NCBI GenBank assembly: GCA_030390025.1
Contig: CM059433.1
Location: forward strand, 74,834,001 to 74,898,000
Direction of reading: 5' to 3'
DNA: 64,000 nucleotides
DNA from: Squalus acanthias
Lineage: Eukaryota
Notes under the pieces: generated by a model
What the model saw: only the letters and a program-made list of their open reading frames with translations
Told to the model about the DNA's origin: nothing
Databases searched by the model: none
Shown here: one piece after another, positions 12,612 to 25,924 of the stretch
Layout of the letters: the number at the start of each line of letters is the position of its first letter
Numbering within the stretch: the first letter of the stretch is position 1
Made by a program: the position numbers and the translations under genes

Positions 12612-13858
12612 TACATAGGAACAGGAGTAGGCCATTCAGCCCCTCGAGCCTGTTCCGCCATTCATGGTTGATCTTTATCTTAATTCCATCCACGCACCTT
12701 GGCTCCATATCCCCCAATACCCTTGGCTAGCAAAAATCTATCAATCTCTGATTTAAAATTATTAATTGAGCTAGCATCTACTGCTTTTTGTGGGAGAATT
12801 CCACACATACCACCCTTTACGTGAAGAAGTGTTTCATAACTTCTCTCCTGAATGTCCCCTTGTCCAAGACTCCCCCACCAGCAGAAAGAGTTTATCTCCA
12901 TCTAACCTATCAATTCCTTTCAAAATCCTAAAAACCTCAATCAAATCATCCCTTTAACCTTCTATATTCCAGGGAACACAAGCCTAGTTTATGTAATTTC
13001 TCCTCATAATCTAACCCGTGGAGCCATGGTAACATTCTGGTGAACCTGCGCTGCATTCCTTCCAAGTCCAATATATCCTTAGGTGCGGTGGCCAGAGCTG
13101 TACACAGTACTCCAGATGTGGTCTAACAAGGGCTTTGTATAGCTGTAGCAAAACTTCCTCCCCTCCTTCTAGTTATAAAGGCTAACATTCCATTAGTCTT
13201 TTTGATTATTTTTTGTGCCTAACTACCACATTTTAGTGATCTGTGTACATGGACCCCTAAATCTCTTTGGACCTCCAATGTTCCTAGCTTTTCACTATTT
13301 GAATAATACTCTGATCTATCCTTGTGGTCCAAAATGGACGACCTCACACTTACCTGCATTGAAATCCATCTGCCACAGTTTCGCTCACTCACTTAATCTA
13401 TCAATGTCTCTTTGTAATTTTTTGCTCCCGTTTACATTACTTACTATACCACCAATCTTTGTGCCATCGTCAAACTTGGATATATGGCTCTCTATTATGT
13501 TATCTAAGTCATCAATAAAAATTGTGAATAGTTGAGGCTCCAGCACAGATCCTTGTGGGACACCACTCATCATTTCCTTCCAAATTGAGTACATACACAT
13601 TATCCCTATTCTCTGTATTATACCGTCTAACCAATCCCCTAATCAGGTCAATAATTTGCTTTCAATTCCATGAGCTTTCATTTTAGCGAACAGTCTCTTA
13701 TGTAGAACCTTATCGAATGCCTTCTGGAAGTCCATATAAACTACATCCAGAGACATTCCCCTGTCTACTACTTTAGTTACTTCCTCAAAAAATCAGTTAG
13801 GTTTGTTCGACATGACCTGCTCTTTACAAATCCATGTTGGCTCTCTCTAATCAGCTCA
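12612..13858 (-). mobile_element. CR1 LINE, 5'-truncated and decayed
   Basis: RT motifs SGVPQGSVLEPQLFTIFIDDLD and SKFDDGTK. CR1 3' UTR (ggctgaatggcctactcctgttcctatgt) at the left end. Confidence 0.9.
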
Positions 13859-13969
13859 AAATAATTTGGTAGTGTGTCTGCTATGTTGTAAATTTCATTT
13901 ATAACTATATAGGAAAATGGCAGATGGAAACTGTGCGAAGAAGTTATTTGAGCAATTTGGCTTATTAGT

Positions 13970-15270
13970 TCATCAAAGTCACAAATGAAATCCTTTGTGA
14001 CTGTGACTATCCCTCCTTGTCCTTCTCGACTTGTCTGCAGCCTTTGACACGGTTGACCACTCCATTCTCCTCCAAAGCCTCTCCACCATCATCCAGCTGG
14101 GTTCTGCACTTGCCTGGTTCCATTCTTATCTATCTAATCGTAGCCAGAGAATCACGTGCAATGGCTTCTCTTCCCGCTCCCACATCGTTACCTCTGGTGT
14201 CCTCCAAGGATCTATCCTTGGCCCCCTCCTATTTCTCATCTAAATGCTGCCCCTTGGCGACATCATCCGAAAACACAGCGTCAGTTATCACATGTACACT
14301 GGTGATACCCAGCTCTACCTCACCACCACTTCTCTTGATCCCTCCACGGTCTCTAAATTGTCAGACTGTTTGTCTGACATCCAGTTCTGGAGCAGCAGAA
14401 ATTTTCTCCAATTAAATATTGGGAAGACCGAAGCCATTGTTTTCGGTCCCCGCCACAAACTCCGTTCCCTAGCCACTGACTCCATCCCTCTCCCTAACAT
14501 CTGTCTGAGGCTGAACCACACTGTTCGCAACCTTGGTGTCATATCTGACCCTGAAATGAGCTTCCGACCACATATCCGCAGCATAACTAAGACCGCTCAT
14601 TTCCACCTCCGTTACATCGCCCGTCTCTGCCCTTGCCTCAGCTCATTCGCTGCTGAAACCCTTATCCATGTCTTTGTTACCTCTAGACTTGACTATTCCA
14701 ATGCACTCCTGGCTGGCCTCCTATGTTCTACCCTACGTAAACTTGAGGTCATCCAAAACTCGGCTGCCCGTGTCCTAACTCACGCCAATTTCTGTTCACC
14801 CATCACCCCTGTGCTCGCTGACCTACACTGGCTCCCGGTTAAGCCTTGATTTCAAAATTCTCATCCTTGTTTTCAAATCCCTCCAGGGCCTCGCCCTTCC
14901 CTATCTCTGTAATCTCCTCCAGCCCCACAAACCCCACCCCCCCCCCCGAGATATCTGCGCTCCTCTACCTCTGGCCTCTTGAGCATTCCTGATTATAATC
15001 GCTCAACCATTGGTGGCTGTGCCTTCTGTTGCCTAGGCCCTAAACTCTGGAATTCCCTCCCTAAACCTCTCTGCCTCTCTACCACTCTTCCCTCCTTTAA
15101 GACGCTACTTAAAACCTACCTCTTTGACCAAGCTTTTGGTCATCGACCCTAATTTCTCCTTATGTGGCTCGTGTCAATTTTGTTGTCTTATAACACTCCT
15201 GTGAAGCGCCTTGGGACATTTTACTACGTTAAAAGCGCTATATAGATACAAGTGGTTGTTGTTGTTGTTG
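13970..15270 (+). mobile_element. L2-clade LINE, 3' part (RT C-terminus and tail)
   Basis: [60 protein letters not shown] motifs. L2-type tail aagcgccttggg...aaaagcgctatataga ending in (gtt)n. Confidence 0.9.
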
Positions 15271-15759
15271 TAGTTTTATGCTACTTTCTAATTCATGAAT
15301 TCTAAATGTGAAACAAGGAAGAAAGAATCCGATTATGTGTTCATCATTGGGGCATTAAGCTACTTTTTCATTCATTTTAAGTCAGGTATTTAATGGATAA
15401 CAAAAAAATAATTATTTCGGCCGATCACCTTCTTACCCTACGGATGTATGGTGCTTTGTTCTGTGAAGTCTGACCCTTTTGGTGTGAGGCCTTTAAAAGA
15501 CATGACAAGGCAGAAACATGAAGGTGAAAGACTTTTATTTATATCAATAGAAAACACTGGAAATGGTAAACAATAAATGTTATTTTCTGTGCATGGACAA
15601 GAATCAAGATACAACAGAGTGAAGGTGGTGTTAAGTTACTCCTTTCAGGATTTGAGATGGTCCATAGTGCAATAATAACAAGATCCCATTCATTCTATCC
15701 AATGTTCTTCAAGGAATTACACTTGCATTCAGCTTATTGTTTTGTGCAATAAGAACATT

Positions 15760-15985
15760 GGCCTCTTGTGCACCCCACTCCCTTCGCTCCACCATTGGCA
15801 GCCATGCCTTTAGCTTTCCAGGTCTTGAGCTCTGGACTTCCCTCCCTAAACCTCTCTTCTCCTTTAAGACCCTCCTTAAAACCTACCTCTTTGACCTTGC
15901 TTTTAGTCACCCCTCCTAATAGCGCCTTCTTTGGCTGTTTACGCCCCTGTGAAACGCCTTTGGGATGTTTTACTGCATTAAAGGT
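15760..15985 (+). mobile_element. L2 3'-end fragment
   Basis: Homologous to 15000-15230 (accattggcagccatgcctt...aaaacctacctctttgacc). Confidence 0.75.
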
Positions 15986-17504
15986 ACTTCTCACAGCTGG
16001 CTCAAGAAACATTTCCACATTTATACTAGTTAAGAAGCTAATTAGCACCTTGAGAAATATTGAAGGATCATTATTACAGATGTGTTGAATTGATTGCATT
16101 TTCCCATTTCTGCTAATGAAATTGCTTCTCAGGAGTCATGTTTTATAACTATAGCGGTCAATTTCCTTGCTGTTTCTGGTGGGTTAGTGGTGCTAGAAAA
16201 GTGTGGGCAATATTTCCTGTGAGAAGACCCATGGGGAAGCCATTTTGAAGCACATGCGCACCTATAAACAGCTTCCCCCCAACTTTCCGGTGCTTCTGGA
16301 GGCAATCCATAATGCGCCCGCCGAATCGCCATTAGCCTCATTTACATACAGCTGCCCATCCTGGACTTACCCCATTATTGCACTCGGGGTAAGTTACACC
16401 CATTTGTATGAGGTGCAACAGTTGTCGAAATCAACTGTTAAAGGTGGAAATGAGGACAGAGAAGAGGCTGAAGACAGGAAATGTTTTTTAAATTGGCATT
16501 GTTTTTTACATTCTGTCTGCAGACACCTACACTTGCTCTGACTGCTTTGTGGCGGTTCAGAGCACCAGCAGATTTTCAGAACCCCCCCACCCTAACAATA
16601 TCAGGGGTATTAAGGAGTTGGTATGGCATTCCCCATGGCCATCTATTCTCGTGTCTTTTCTAGGCACTGCCTGAGGGCCAGCATCATGGGAGATGGTTGG
16701 CTCCTCATGCTGGTCAGAAGAGTCATGGACCTGGTAACTGGCTCCTGGTATGGAGTCGCTGCTGGCTGCATCCCTGGAGGGTATTCCTGGACAGCCGGGC
16801 CTCAGCTGGTGTGGTGCTCTGAGAGGGACGGCTGGAGGCCTGGCCTGTGCTATCCTGAGTGACAGCACTAACATGCACCTGCAACTCCTGGGTGACTTGG
16901 TCCTCATCACCCTCTTCATTATCCTCCTCCTGTGCCGACCCCTGCTGTGGTGGTTGTGCACTAAGGAAGGGTAGAAGGCAAGAATGGAGAATCACCCCTT
17001 TTGGATTAAGGAGACAGTTAAGGTGTGGAGGGTTGTAGCTGTGGCAGCCTGGGCAACGGTGTATGGTCTCAGTCAGTAACCTGGCACCAACAAGATGCTT
17101 CCGACCTCACCATCTCCCACGGCAAGAGCTAAGTGCCTCCCAACAAGCTGCCTGACCTTTTCCTCGTACAGGGTGGAGTTTTCTGCTTCAAAGAGATAAG
17201 TAAATGAGAGTAAAGCCGGCAGTTAAGGAGTGTTCTGCCGAGTACTGCAGGCTGAATAGTGCATTTAGAAGGCAGCACAGAAGTTTTCTGCCAGCTTAGC
17301 TGATTGCACTAGATTCCAACTAGAGGCCAGTGGCGGATGTAACAATTTTTTTTTAAAGATGCAACAGAGGTGTAAATACATTGCGGACATTCTGGATCTC
17401 TGTGTTCCTATGACTTTATTAGTGTGTTGTAAATTTCAACTTAAAATGTGCATCACATCAGGTTTTACTTTCAACAAAGGAAAATATATCGTACTAGCAC
17501 ATGA

Positions 17505-17680
17505 GGGGTAATTTTTGAACTTTGCATTCCTGGCGGTGAACCTCTTCTACTGAGAGCACATATCAGAAATTCCAGTGTGCATTAAATAATCGTCAGAAAA
17601 TTATGTGCAGAGTATGCCTGAATTTCTAGTATGTGCTCGCATTGGGCAAGATGCCCAATGCATAGTTGGAAAATTATCCT
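17505..17680. mobile_element. Short old MITE candidate
   Basis: Imperfect TIRs ggggtaatttttgaac / gttggaaaattatcct and an internal hairpin gcattgggca-aga-tgcccaatgc. Confidence 0.4.
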
Positions 17681-18963
17681 AATTTAAATGATGTTCTTTG
17701 AAGTACAACAATCTAAACTCCACAACTGTAGTCCAGAGGGAGAAGGGATCTTTGTAGCATATAAATGTATTTTAAGTCAATGTTTCATATTTAACATTTT
17801 AAAAATACAGCTCCATATCCAGGAAAAGTTAGGATTTGCTAACAATTATCCTAAATGAGGTATTTTCTTCTATCTGAATTAATTCTAAGAAAAAATGGAA
17901 ATTTAATATTTAGAAGTCTTCTAACCCTCTCCTCATGCCAAGAAACAAATTAATATTTCTGGCTTCTGTGTATGTTCATCATAAAGGAGTTTTCCCCAAC
18001 AGCAATTCCATGATGGTAAATGAGCTATTTCCATTTTCTGCTTGGTGGTATTTGTGATTTCTTACCATCATTGTTTCACAGACAAGGGCATGTATTATAT
18101 GATTTATTCAGCTAGAATTTTGTTTACCAAATTTGATTGCACATGTCACATTTACATAGTTGCTCATTTAAGTAAGTGGTATGTGTGCAATGCACTAATG
18201 CACCAAAATGCTGAACTATAAAGTCGTACTAATGTAGGTTAGTATCTGTGATTCCCCACATGGCAAGATTCCAGTCTTGGTTAATCAATAAGGGAGAAAC
18301 CTCTGGGAAGAGAAAAATTCTTGCCAGCTGGAAGAAAGGAAGTTCAAGGAGCAAACCAACTTCATCAAGCTTCGAATGGCCAATAACAGAACAACGCTGG
18401 CCGAGGGCTGGCAGCAAATCACTTGCCAGTTTTGTTTCAGGCATGGTGTGTTAGTGGACTATAAAGAAGGGAAGAAATTGTTTTTAAACACAAAAGAGGA
18501 AATTTTTCAACTTCCAAGAGCACCATTCAGGAATTCTGGCACATAATATGTGTAATTTCCAATCAAATTATTATGCACATAATTATTGCTGCCTTTATAA
18601 ACCAGTGAAATTATGATTAAATCGAGTTTCACATATTACCATGATATCAATGATTTTCATCTGATTACATTGTTCAACAATGGTTTAGTTTTAATTCTTA
18701 AAACCTCACTCTAGTGGCAGCTGGCACTGCAAGAAGTTTAAGTTAAAAGTACTCTTCTAAAGTTGCATAAAGCATAAAAAATTCTGAGGTGAAAAGAGTG
18801 AATGACAGTAAAAGTTGGCATATGCTGTCAATACAAAAGTGATTTATGCTTTAGTTGACATGCAATTTTCTTAACCTTCACCTCTATTATATCTTGTCAG
18901 CTGGAAAAATCTGCCAGTTGCCTGTCAATTTCCAAATGCTTACGGTATACATTTTCAACTCCT

Positions 18964-18999
18964 GTGTTAAAAGCAAGTGAGGTGTTAAAAGCAAGTGAG
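18964..18999. repeat. 18-bp perfect tandem duplication
   Basis: gtgttaaaagcaagtgag x2. Confidence 0.9.
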
Positions 19000-21043
19000 G
19001 TGTGATGAGTGCATTCAGTTTTATACACTACTTTATTTTCCACTTTGTCTTCAGAATCATACTTGAAAATGAAATCTGAAATTCTATAACAAAGCAGCTG
19101 GTTGTGTTTCATTAACAGATGGTTAATGTATAAAAGTAAGCACAATAATAAATTTAAAAACCATCCAAGCTTGGTCAATAAATGCACCATGTAGGTTCCT
19201 ACTGAGCCATACAGATTTGGAAGGCTTAATGTCTGGTCTGCACTGTCAATATCAACCAAGATGGCTTTAGTGTCCCCAAGCATGGGAGAGGAAAATGGCC
19301 AGAGTCCCTGGTGCTGATTGCTTTCCAGTGACCCAGTGCCAACAGTACGTGTGTATGATTATCAGAGGGCTGCTGGCCCCCATAACGGGTCAGAGCCTTC
19401 AAGAGAGATGAATAAAAATAATAAAAAAGTAAAAAGGTTTTCATGAGCACGTTTATGATCAAATTTAAATATTTCAACTTTTATTTACACTGCCAAAATT
19501 ATTGGCCCCAAATTTCCTCAAAGCTGTTCCCAGCCACCGAAACATCAGCAGAAGTGTGTTGGAAACCCAATTTACCAGACAAATTACGGTGCTGAAGCTC
19601 TGAGGGAATTCTCAGCCATTATCTTTGCAACAGCTTAGCATCAAAGCAGGTGCTGCCAGCTTTTCAGTCTCTTTTAAATTGATGCTTCCATTTTTTTTTT
19701 AACATATTAACTTTTATTCTCAGCAGGCACCTAAATAATAGTCAAGTCAATTAAACACATGCACTCTCTGCAAAGGCTCAGACTTGAAGAATGGCCCCTT
19801 GGGCAAAGTATCAGGAGCTGCAGTAATCATGGGACTATACCCCAGAATGAATTACTGCCTTCAGAAGAGGAGAAGCAAAGAAAAAAAAAAGCTTGAAATT
19901 TAGAAGGGAAATTATAAAATATAAATTTTGACCTTTGATTAATTCATGTTATGTGTCCATATTAAATGAAAACCATCTAGAATAGCTCAACAGAATGCAA
20001 CACATCACTTTTTCAAGGAAGTCTCAAGCTTTCTTGGTGATAAATACAATTTATAGCCTATAACTCTGCACCATTAGTAATAAACAGTCTTATTCTAAAG
20101 CATGGGAGTTTTCATGTTTGCAGAAATAATAAATGAGTGCTTCTTTACACAACAGCTGAAAGAGAATCATGTGAGCTGTCGTCTGAGCACCATCATCAGA
20201 CATATCCCTGTTCAAGAACTCCTGAAATAACTGCTGCCAGACACGCTAGGTGGCTTCCTCCTCATGTTCTTCTATTCTATTCTTCTATTTATCCTTTACA
20301 AGTTCCAATCGAGGGATCTTTTCATCTCTTCCCCTGAGCGCAATTAAAATCACAAGCAATTCCTTGTTGTCAGTTCATTTATTCCCCCTCTTCCATTCTT
20401 ACTATTATCATTTCATTTCATCTAACTTCTGAATTTTCATCTAAACTGTGTTTGGATCTCACTTTTTCTCTTCCTAACCACAGTTTCCACAATTGTACCT
20501 TTGGATACAGATATGCTGCCACTTACACATCAAGTTGAAATGATTTCAGGTGTAAATCGACACAAAAGTTGCATTATAACTCAGGAGTCAGATCCCAATC
20601 TGACTCCCAAACACTCTAAATCCTAAAAGAATGGATATTGTTGCCCACTTTCTACGAATATTGAAGTTAGCTACCTGGGAGTGGAGTTCTGTCACACTTC
20701 AGAATTTTTTTAACCCTTTTTCCACAGAAAAAATTTGAACAAAGATGTACTTCTAATGCTGTGCTTTTAAAATAATGCATATTCCCAAGTTTAAAAAAAG
20801 GTCACTGCATGAAGGATCATTAATATGCTAAACAGAAGTGCTTTTTCCCCCAGAGACTAAACAATAAATTAATTGTTAGCTTAGCTGGGTAATCGAAAAA
20901 CATCTCTTATCCATTGTGTTGAGAAACTCTTTGATATTTGTGTCCGTCAGTCAAGTAGGGGGACAGACACCTGAAAGGCAGTCTAGCTATTGCAGAGCAG
21001 GGAAGCAGCTCGGGAAAAAAGATGCTGAAAAGGTAAACTCAAT

Positions 21044-21760
21044 GGGGGGGAAATTCGGTTGATTTGCGCCTCCCGTTAGCGCCCTAAGAGGGCACTAACG
21101 GGCCGCAAAGCAACTAGTGCCTGGGCGCAGCGCCACCAACGCCTCCCGTGAAATTCAACGGGAGGTTAGTGGCGGCAGTAACCGTTAGCGCCCCACGCCA
21201 CTGCACTGCCGGCGATGACGTCATCACCGTGCGCAGCGCCCCGCCCGAGCCTCGGCCGCGATCTTCGGTACCGCCCCCTGACTTCCGCCAGACGCTACGT
21301 CCAACAGGGTCAGGGGGGCCTACCTGCGGCCGAGGTGGCGCAAATTAAAGGGGAGGTGCCGGGCGGCCATTTTTGTTGCTGGCCACCTGCCAGCACCTGC
21401 CCTCGTTGCTGTCCACGGCCTTCTGTGCAGCACCCCCGTGGCGTGCCGGCTGCGCTCCATGAGCCCCGCACTTCTCTTGATTTCCGGGCTCTTTTGCCGG
21501 CACTCCGATCCCTGGTGGCCCAGCTGGGCCCTGGGTTGTGCTGTGCAAGGCCCCTCCCCTTTAATAAGGGAAGACCTGCAGTACCGCGGCGCAACGTGCC
21601 GTGATATTCACTCGCAGCGTCCCAAGAGGGAGGCGGGGCACTTCCAGTAGTGCCCCACCTCCCTCTTGGGGCGCTACCAGTGAATTTTGGGCACGGGGGC
21701 GCTAATTTTTTCAGGCGGTGAAGTTAGTGCCCCAAAGAGGCTGCAACCCAATTTTTCCCC
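21044..21760. mobile_element. Family-A MITE, full length
   Basis: TIRs gggggggaaattc / caatttttcccc, AAT TSD (21041-21043, 21761-21763). Confidence 0.85.
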
Positions 21761-22619
21761 AATAAGTCAGGACGCAAAGAAATTAATCTAAGTCAAGCGA
21801 GGAAATCCACTGAAGTGGGGAAGTATTTATTATTTTTATATTATTGTATGGAGATAAGTTTTATTGATTGAATAAAGCAAGTTAACCATTCAAACCAAGT
21901 GTAGACTCATCTCGTGTCAATTCAATCCACTGAGGGAGAGATTGAAGAACAATTCGTGCAAAAGAGATGGACAGCTGGTTCAGGATAAGTGGTGATTCCA
22001 CTGAACCAGATTTGGTATCTATGGAAAACTCTTAATTCGTAACAGAGTCGAAGCATACATGTGCAGAGCTCTTTCATGGCTTACTTCAATATAACTTGCA
22101 AGAAGGTGCAGTTGACAGTATAAATTAAGTGTACTGACCCCCATTACACTCCAAAGATAACAGTCTAAGGCTGGTAGCTGCAGAATAGCCTATACATTCT
22201 TCACCTAATTTATCAAGCAGAAATTATCTGGCTTGAGCCACTTCTACTTCATTTTTCCTTTGAATTAAGTACTTCTCTTTCTACTTTACATCTCCTTCCT
22301 TGTTGAGCTCAAAGAGTGAGGCAAACCAAGAGGTTGCACAGTAGGAGAGCAGGTTTAACTTGAAACACTAGTCTTTCTTTACTTTCTGTGCAATTTACTG
22401 TGTCAGTATATTTTGTTTCCTTATTGCAGGGATTTATTTTTAGTTTCTGGAAATGCTTTCCAACACAACCAGCCCAAGGGCATTCTGAAAAGCTTGTAGC
22501 TCGGAGAAGTTTTGTTTTCACTCATAAGAGATACCGAAGAAAATATAACCAGCAAAGTTCTTTCAGCAAATCAGCATTGTTGTTAAGGACTAAAAACAGA
22601 AAATGTTGGAAATATACAT

Positions 22620-22822
22620 CAAGGGAGGCGACAACATGTTCAAGGCCTTTGGAGAGGAAAGGGAGGTTGGAGATGGGGCAGTAGTTTACAAGGACAGAGA
22701 GGTCAAGGATGGGATTTTTTTGAGGAGAGGGGTGATGATGACAGATCTGAAGGGGAGGTGGACAGTACCAGAGGAGAGGGAATCGTTAACAATATCAGCT
22801 AACGTGGGGGCCAGGAAGGGAA
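22620..22822 (-). mobile_element. L2 RT-region fragment
   Basis: Reverse strand reads LDLSVLVNYCPISNLPFLSK-like. Similar to 42900-43040. Confidence 0.65.
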
Positions 22823-22989
22823 CTACTGTCATAAAGTAGCAACTAATGAGATTACTAGCCTTTTAATAGATTTCAAAATTCTAGAAGGTGGCAATAGGCA
22901 GCTCAATATTTGGGAGTGTGGGAAAACCAGCAGGCCTACTGCTTCTTTCAGCCAGCCTGCACCTCTTAAAGGTAAGGTGGAGTTTTTAT

Positions 22990-23215
22990 TGGTGGTGTGT
23001 GGCACTGCGTTTCAGGAGCAGGAGGCACAATGTCCATGGAAATGCTTATTGAACAAGTCAGGGCCAGGAAGGAGGTTCTGTTTCATTCAGATGCCATGCC
23101 AAATAAGGCAACAGGCATAGAGAGGTTGCTGAGCAGGTCAGCGCCAGAAGCATCATTCTCAGGAACCAGCTGCAGTGCTGCAAAAATGTAATGACCTTGC
23201 CAGGACTGCCAAGAT
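22990..23215 (+). pseudogene. Decayed Harbinger Myb/SANT exon
   Basis: SMEMLIEQVRARKEVLF, then frameshifted VAEQVSARSIILRNQLQCCK. Homologous to the family-M Myb exon. Confidence 0.55.
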
Positions 23216-24442
23216 AAGCCCCCTCTTCACAGTGCTCTTACTCTAAATACAGCTCTGCAAGATCAGACTTTTGCCCTAGCACTACCAATCCTTGCCTCCG
23301 CACTACACAAGTCCCTCTCCAAATCACAACAAAACACTTAACCACACCTACTTCTGCTGACACTCACACACTCGACACCAGCGACTGCTCTCAAAACTGA
23401 CACAAATAACATTCTGCTTTAATTTTGTTTGTAGTAAGTCTCACATTTCTGTTAGGTTGGTTAATATTCACTTTCTTTCATCCAATGAATTCTCCCTCCT
23501 GCAGCTTCTTCCTCTCAGCATGCACACTATGTTAAGTTGCCTCATGCATCTTCATGACCCTTGCACCGGGCACATACCAGCCCACCACCACTCTCCTTCC
23601 AGGACAAGCCAGCACACAACAGAAGGTAGACTGCAAGAATCGAGGGAGGTGCAGCCACATTGCAAACATTGCTCTCCAACAGACGATGGGCATGATGCCA
23701 TTTTCCTTTCCACTTAACACTCTGGCTCACACACTATGGCAACCTGGCGCTGCACTGAACTGATACTCATCTGCTACTGCTAATCCATGCCATTATGTCC
23801 TAACCTTTGTCCTTCTGCCCTTTTCCTTATGACTTGGGCCCTGCAGCTGCATAGATGGAGAGTGGTGTCCACCCTCCCGAAGCTGCCTCATCACTCACTC
23901 GTACCTTCCCAAGTACCAGCACAAAGACTAGTACCCTGATGGTGTAGATAATGACTAACAGGGGTATGCGCAAGGTGATTCACGCAGCAGCACATGAGCA
24001 GGAGCAGGTGTAAGTGGACAGGACAGCCCAGGAAAGTGCTTACCAGAGGGCAAGCTCAGGTCCTAGATCTGCTAAAGAGGACAGAGATGCAGACTTTATG
24101 GACATGGCTTTTAAAATCAAAAGGGGAAAAATTTGTGTTCGCCAGCAGTTAAAGGCCGCAACGCTAACCGAATGAAATTGGTCGGGGGTGGTGTCATGGA
24201 GATAGGTGACGGCGCGCTCACCTTCCATGCAACGCCGTCCTGGTGGCGTTGCTGGAGGGATCCGGGACGAAGTTTCTGTCCAGGTCTGGCGTTGCCGCTT
24301 CCCACAGCCTCTGAGAGCGAAGCTGTGGACCTGGCAAGGAATTGTGGGCAATAAAAAGGTCAGAGAATTCAAGAGGCCATGCACACTGAAGCAATACAGA
24401 ATAAAATGCAGTGAATCAATAAATTTTTCAGCCCTTTCTGCC

Positions 24443-24660
24443 GGACGTAAGAAAACTACTAGGCACTTGGTCTAAGCATGAAACAAAGCTTTAATCAACT
24501 GTTTTTCAACATGGAGATCTAGTTGTGTCCTTCACTGGTTCCTGTTGAGGAATGTCCTAAGCAAGCTGGGCCCATGCCCGAGTATTTATACTCTCCCTGG
24601 ACAGCGCCACCAGCAGGCCGCCCAGTATTACTTCATACATGAATGACAAGATTCATGTCA
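24443..24660 (-). mobile_element. Solo LTR
   Basis: (g)gacgtaagaaaactact...gattcatgtCA flanked by CTGCC on both sides (5-bp TSD). TATAAATA and ATTAAA on the minus strand. Same family as 27756-27982. Confidence 0.8.
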
Positions 24661-24759
24661 CTGCCTTTTAAGAAATATTCAATATTTAAAAGTTCCAAAT
24701 GTGAATATTTAGCTGTTAAAGCTGAATTACCTTCCTAACCTCAACAAATGGGAAAACTG

Positions 24760-25000
24760 CCTCAGCACTAACACTCAGCAAGCCAGGGAAGGGGCACCCA
24801 GGGTCTCACACACAGCACTCCAGCTTTGTGCAGGGGGTCAACACTGCAAGAGCGGCCTTCTACCCACAGGGGCCGGGAGGAGAAAGAACGATGTTGGAGT
24901 ACATCACTAAGGCCATCACAGCCAGCAGTGTCGCCCCCACCACCTGGCTCTAGTGCCCAAAGATGCTTCATGACCTCAGACCACTGGTCAAGGTCAGTGA
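24760..25000 (+). pseudogene. Second decayed Myb/SANT exon (Harbinger-derived)
   Basis: Fragments ALCRGSTLQE and EYITKAITASSVAPTTWL*CPKMLHDL followed by aag/gtcagt donor-like site. Same domain pattern as family M. Confidence 0.5.
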
Positions 25001-25383
25001 ATGCATCTTCAAAAGCCATCTCCTAACAATTGCACCACTAGCCTCACACAGTGCTCAATCCACGACCCCCACCCCAATCACTCAGCTGCAAACAATCTAC
25101 ACCAATGACGACGCACATCTCCCATTCCTAGCCTCACCTCACCCCCTTGGAGGAGACGGTGCAGGCCATCCTTGGCAAGAGCATGGCTGAGCCCTTGGCC
25201 AGCAGCGGGGCTGAAAGGATACAAGGTGCTGGTATCCTCAGACGTCATCCTCCTTCTGGCATGCACCTCTTACTTTCCCGCCCGCCCCTCACCACAACTC
25301 CACCCTTGTGCCTTTCTCATTTCACACACCCAAGAAATGCAGCCTGCCCAGCAGTGGGTGACCAAGAAGTCGGAGAGGAGAGT

Positions 25384-25416
25384 GAAGAAGAAGAAGAAGA
25401 AGAAGAAGAAGAAGAA
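25384..25416. repeat. (GAA)11 microsatellite
   Basis: Read directly from the sequence. Confidence 0.95.
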
Positions 25417-25924
25417 GATTATTGATTTGACACTCTCAGCCACCAACAAGGCCATTTGCAGTGTCCCCACTGAAAGTAAGCAGCCTTCCACCAGCTATGC
25501 TGCAGCCACTGAGGTAGCACTGCGTGACATCAGTAGGATTGGCAAAGGCACACACAAGACAGTCACTAAGAGAATGCATATGGGCGATGAGTTGATTTCT
25601 TGATGTCATATTGTATGCATAGATGTATGCAGTTGGATTGCAAAGTTTGCTTTGTGCTTTTATTTCAGCATTGTGGCCAAGAGGACGCTGTGATGGTCAG
25701 TAACAGAGGGAAGGTAAGGTGTGGGACAAATGGTGAAAGGGGAATTGGGGATGTGGTCACTGGTACCATAGGCGGCTGATTCCATCCCGGATATCCCAGC
25801 CAGAAAGGGGCTGTCTGGGTTGCATCCTTCCTTCTGCTTCCTCCTCTTCGGCTTCTTACTCTTCTGCGACTTCCTCTTCCCTCTGCGAGCAGATGTTTTA
25901 AATGTGACATCTAAATTACAGCAT

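Noticed and set aside
25147-25603. Poly-E, poly-K and poly-F ORFs
   Set aside because: These are translations of the (GAA)11 microsatellite in decayed transposon sequence.
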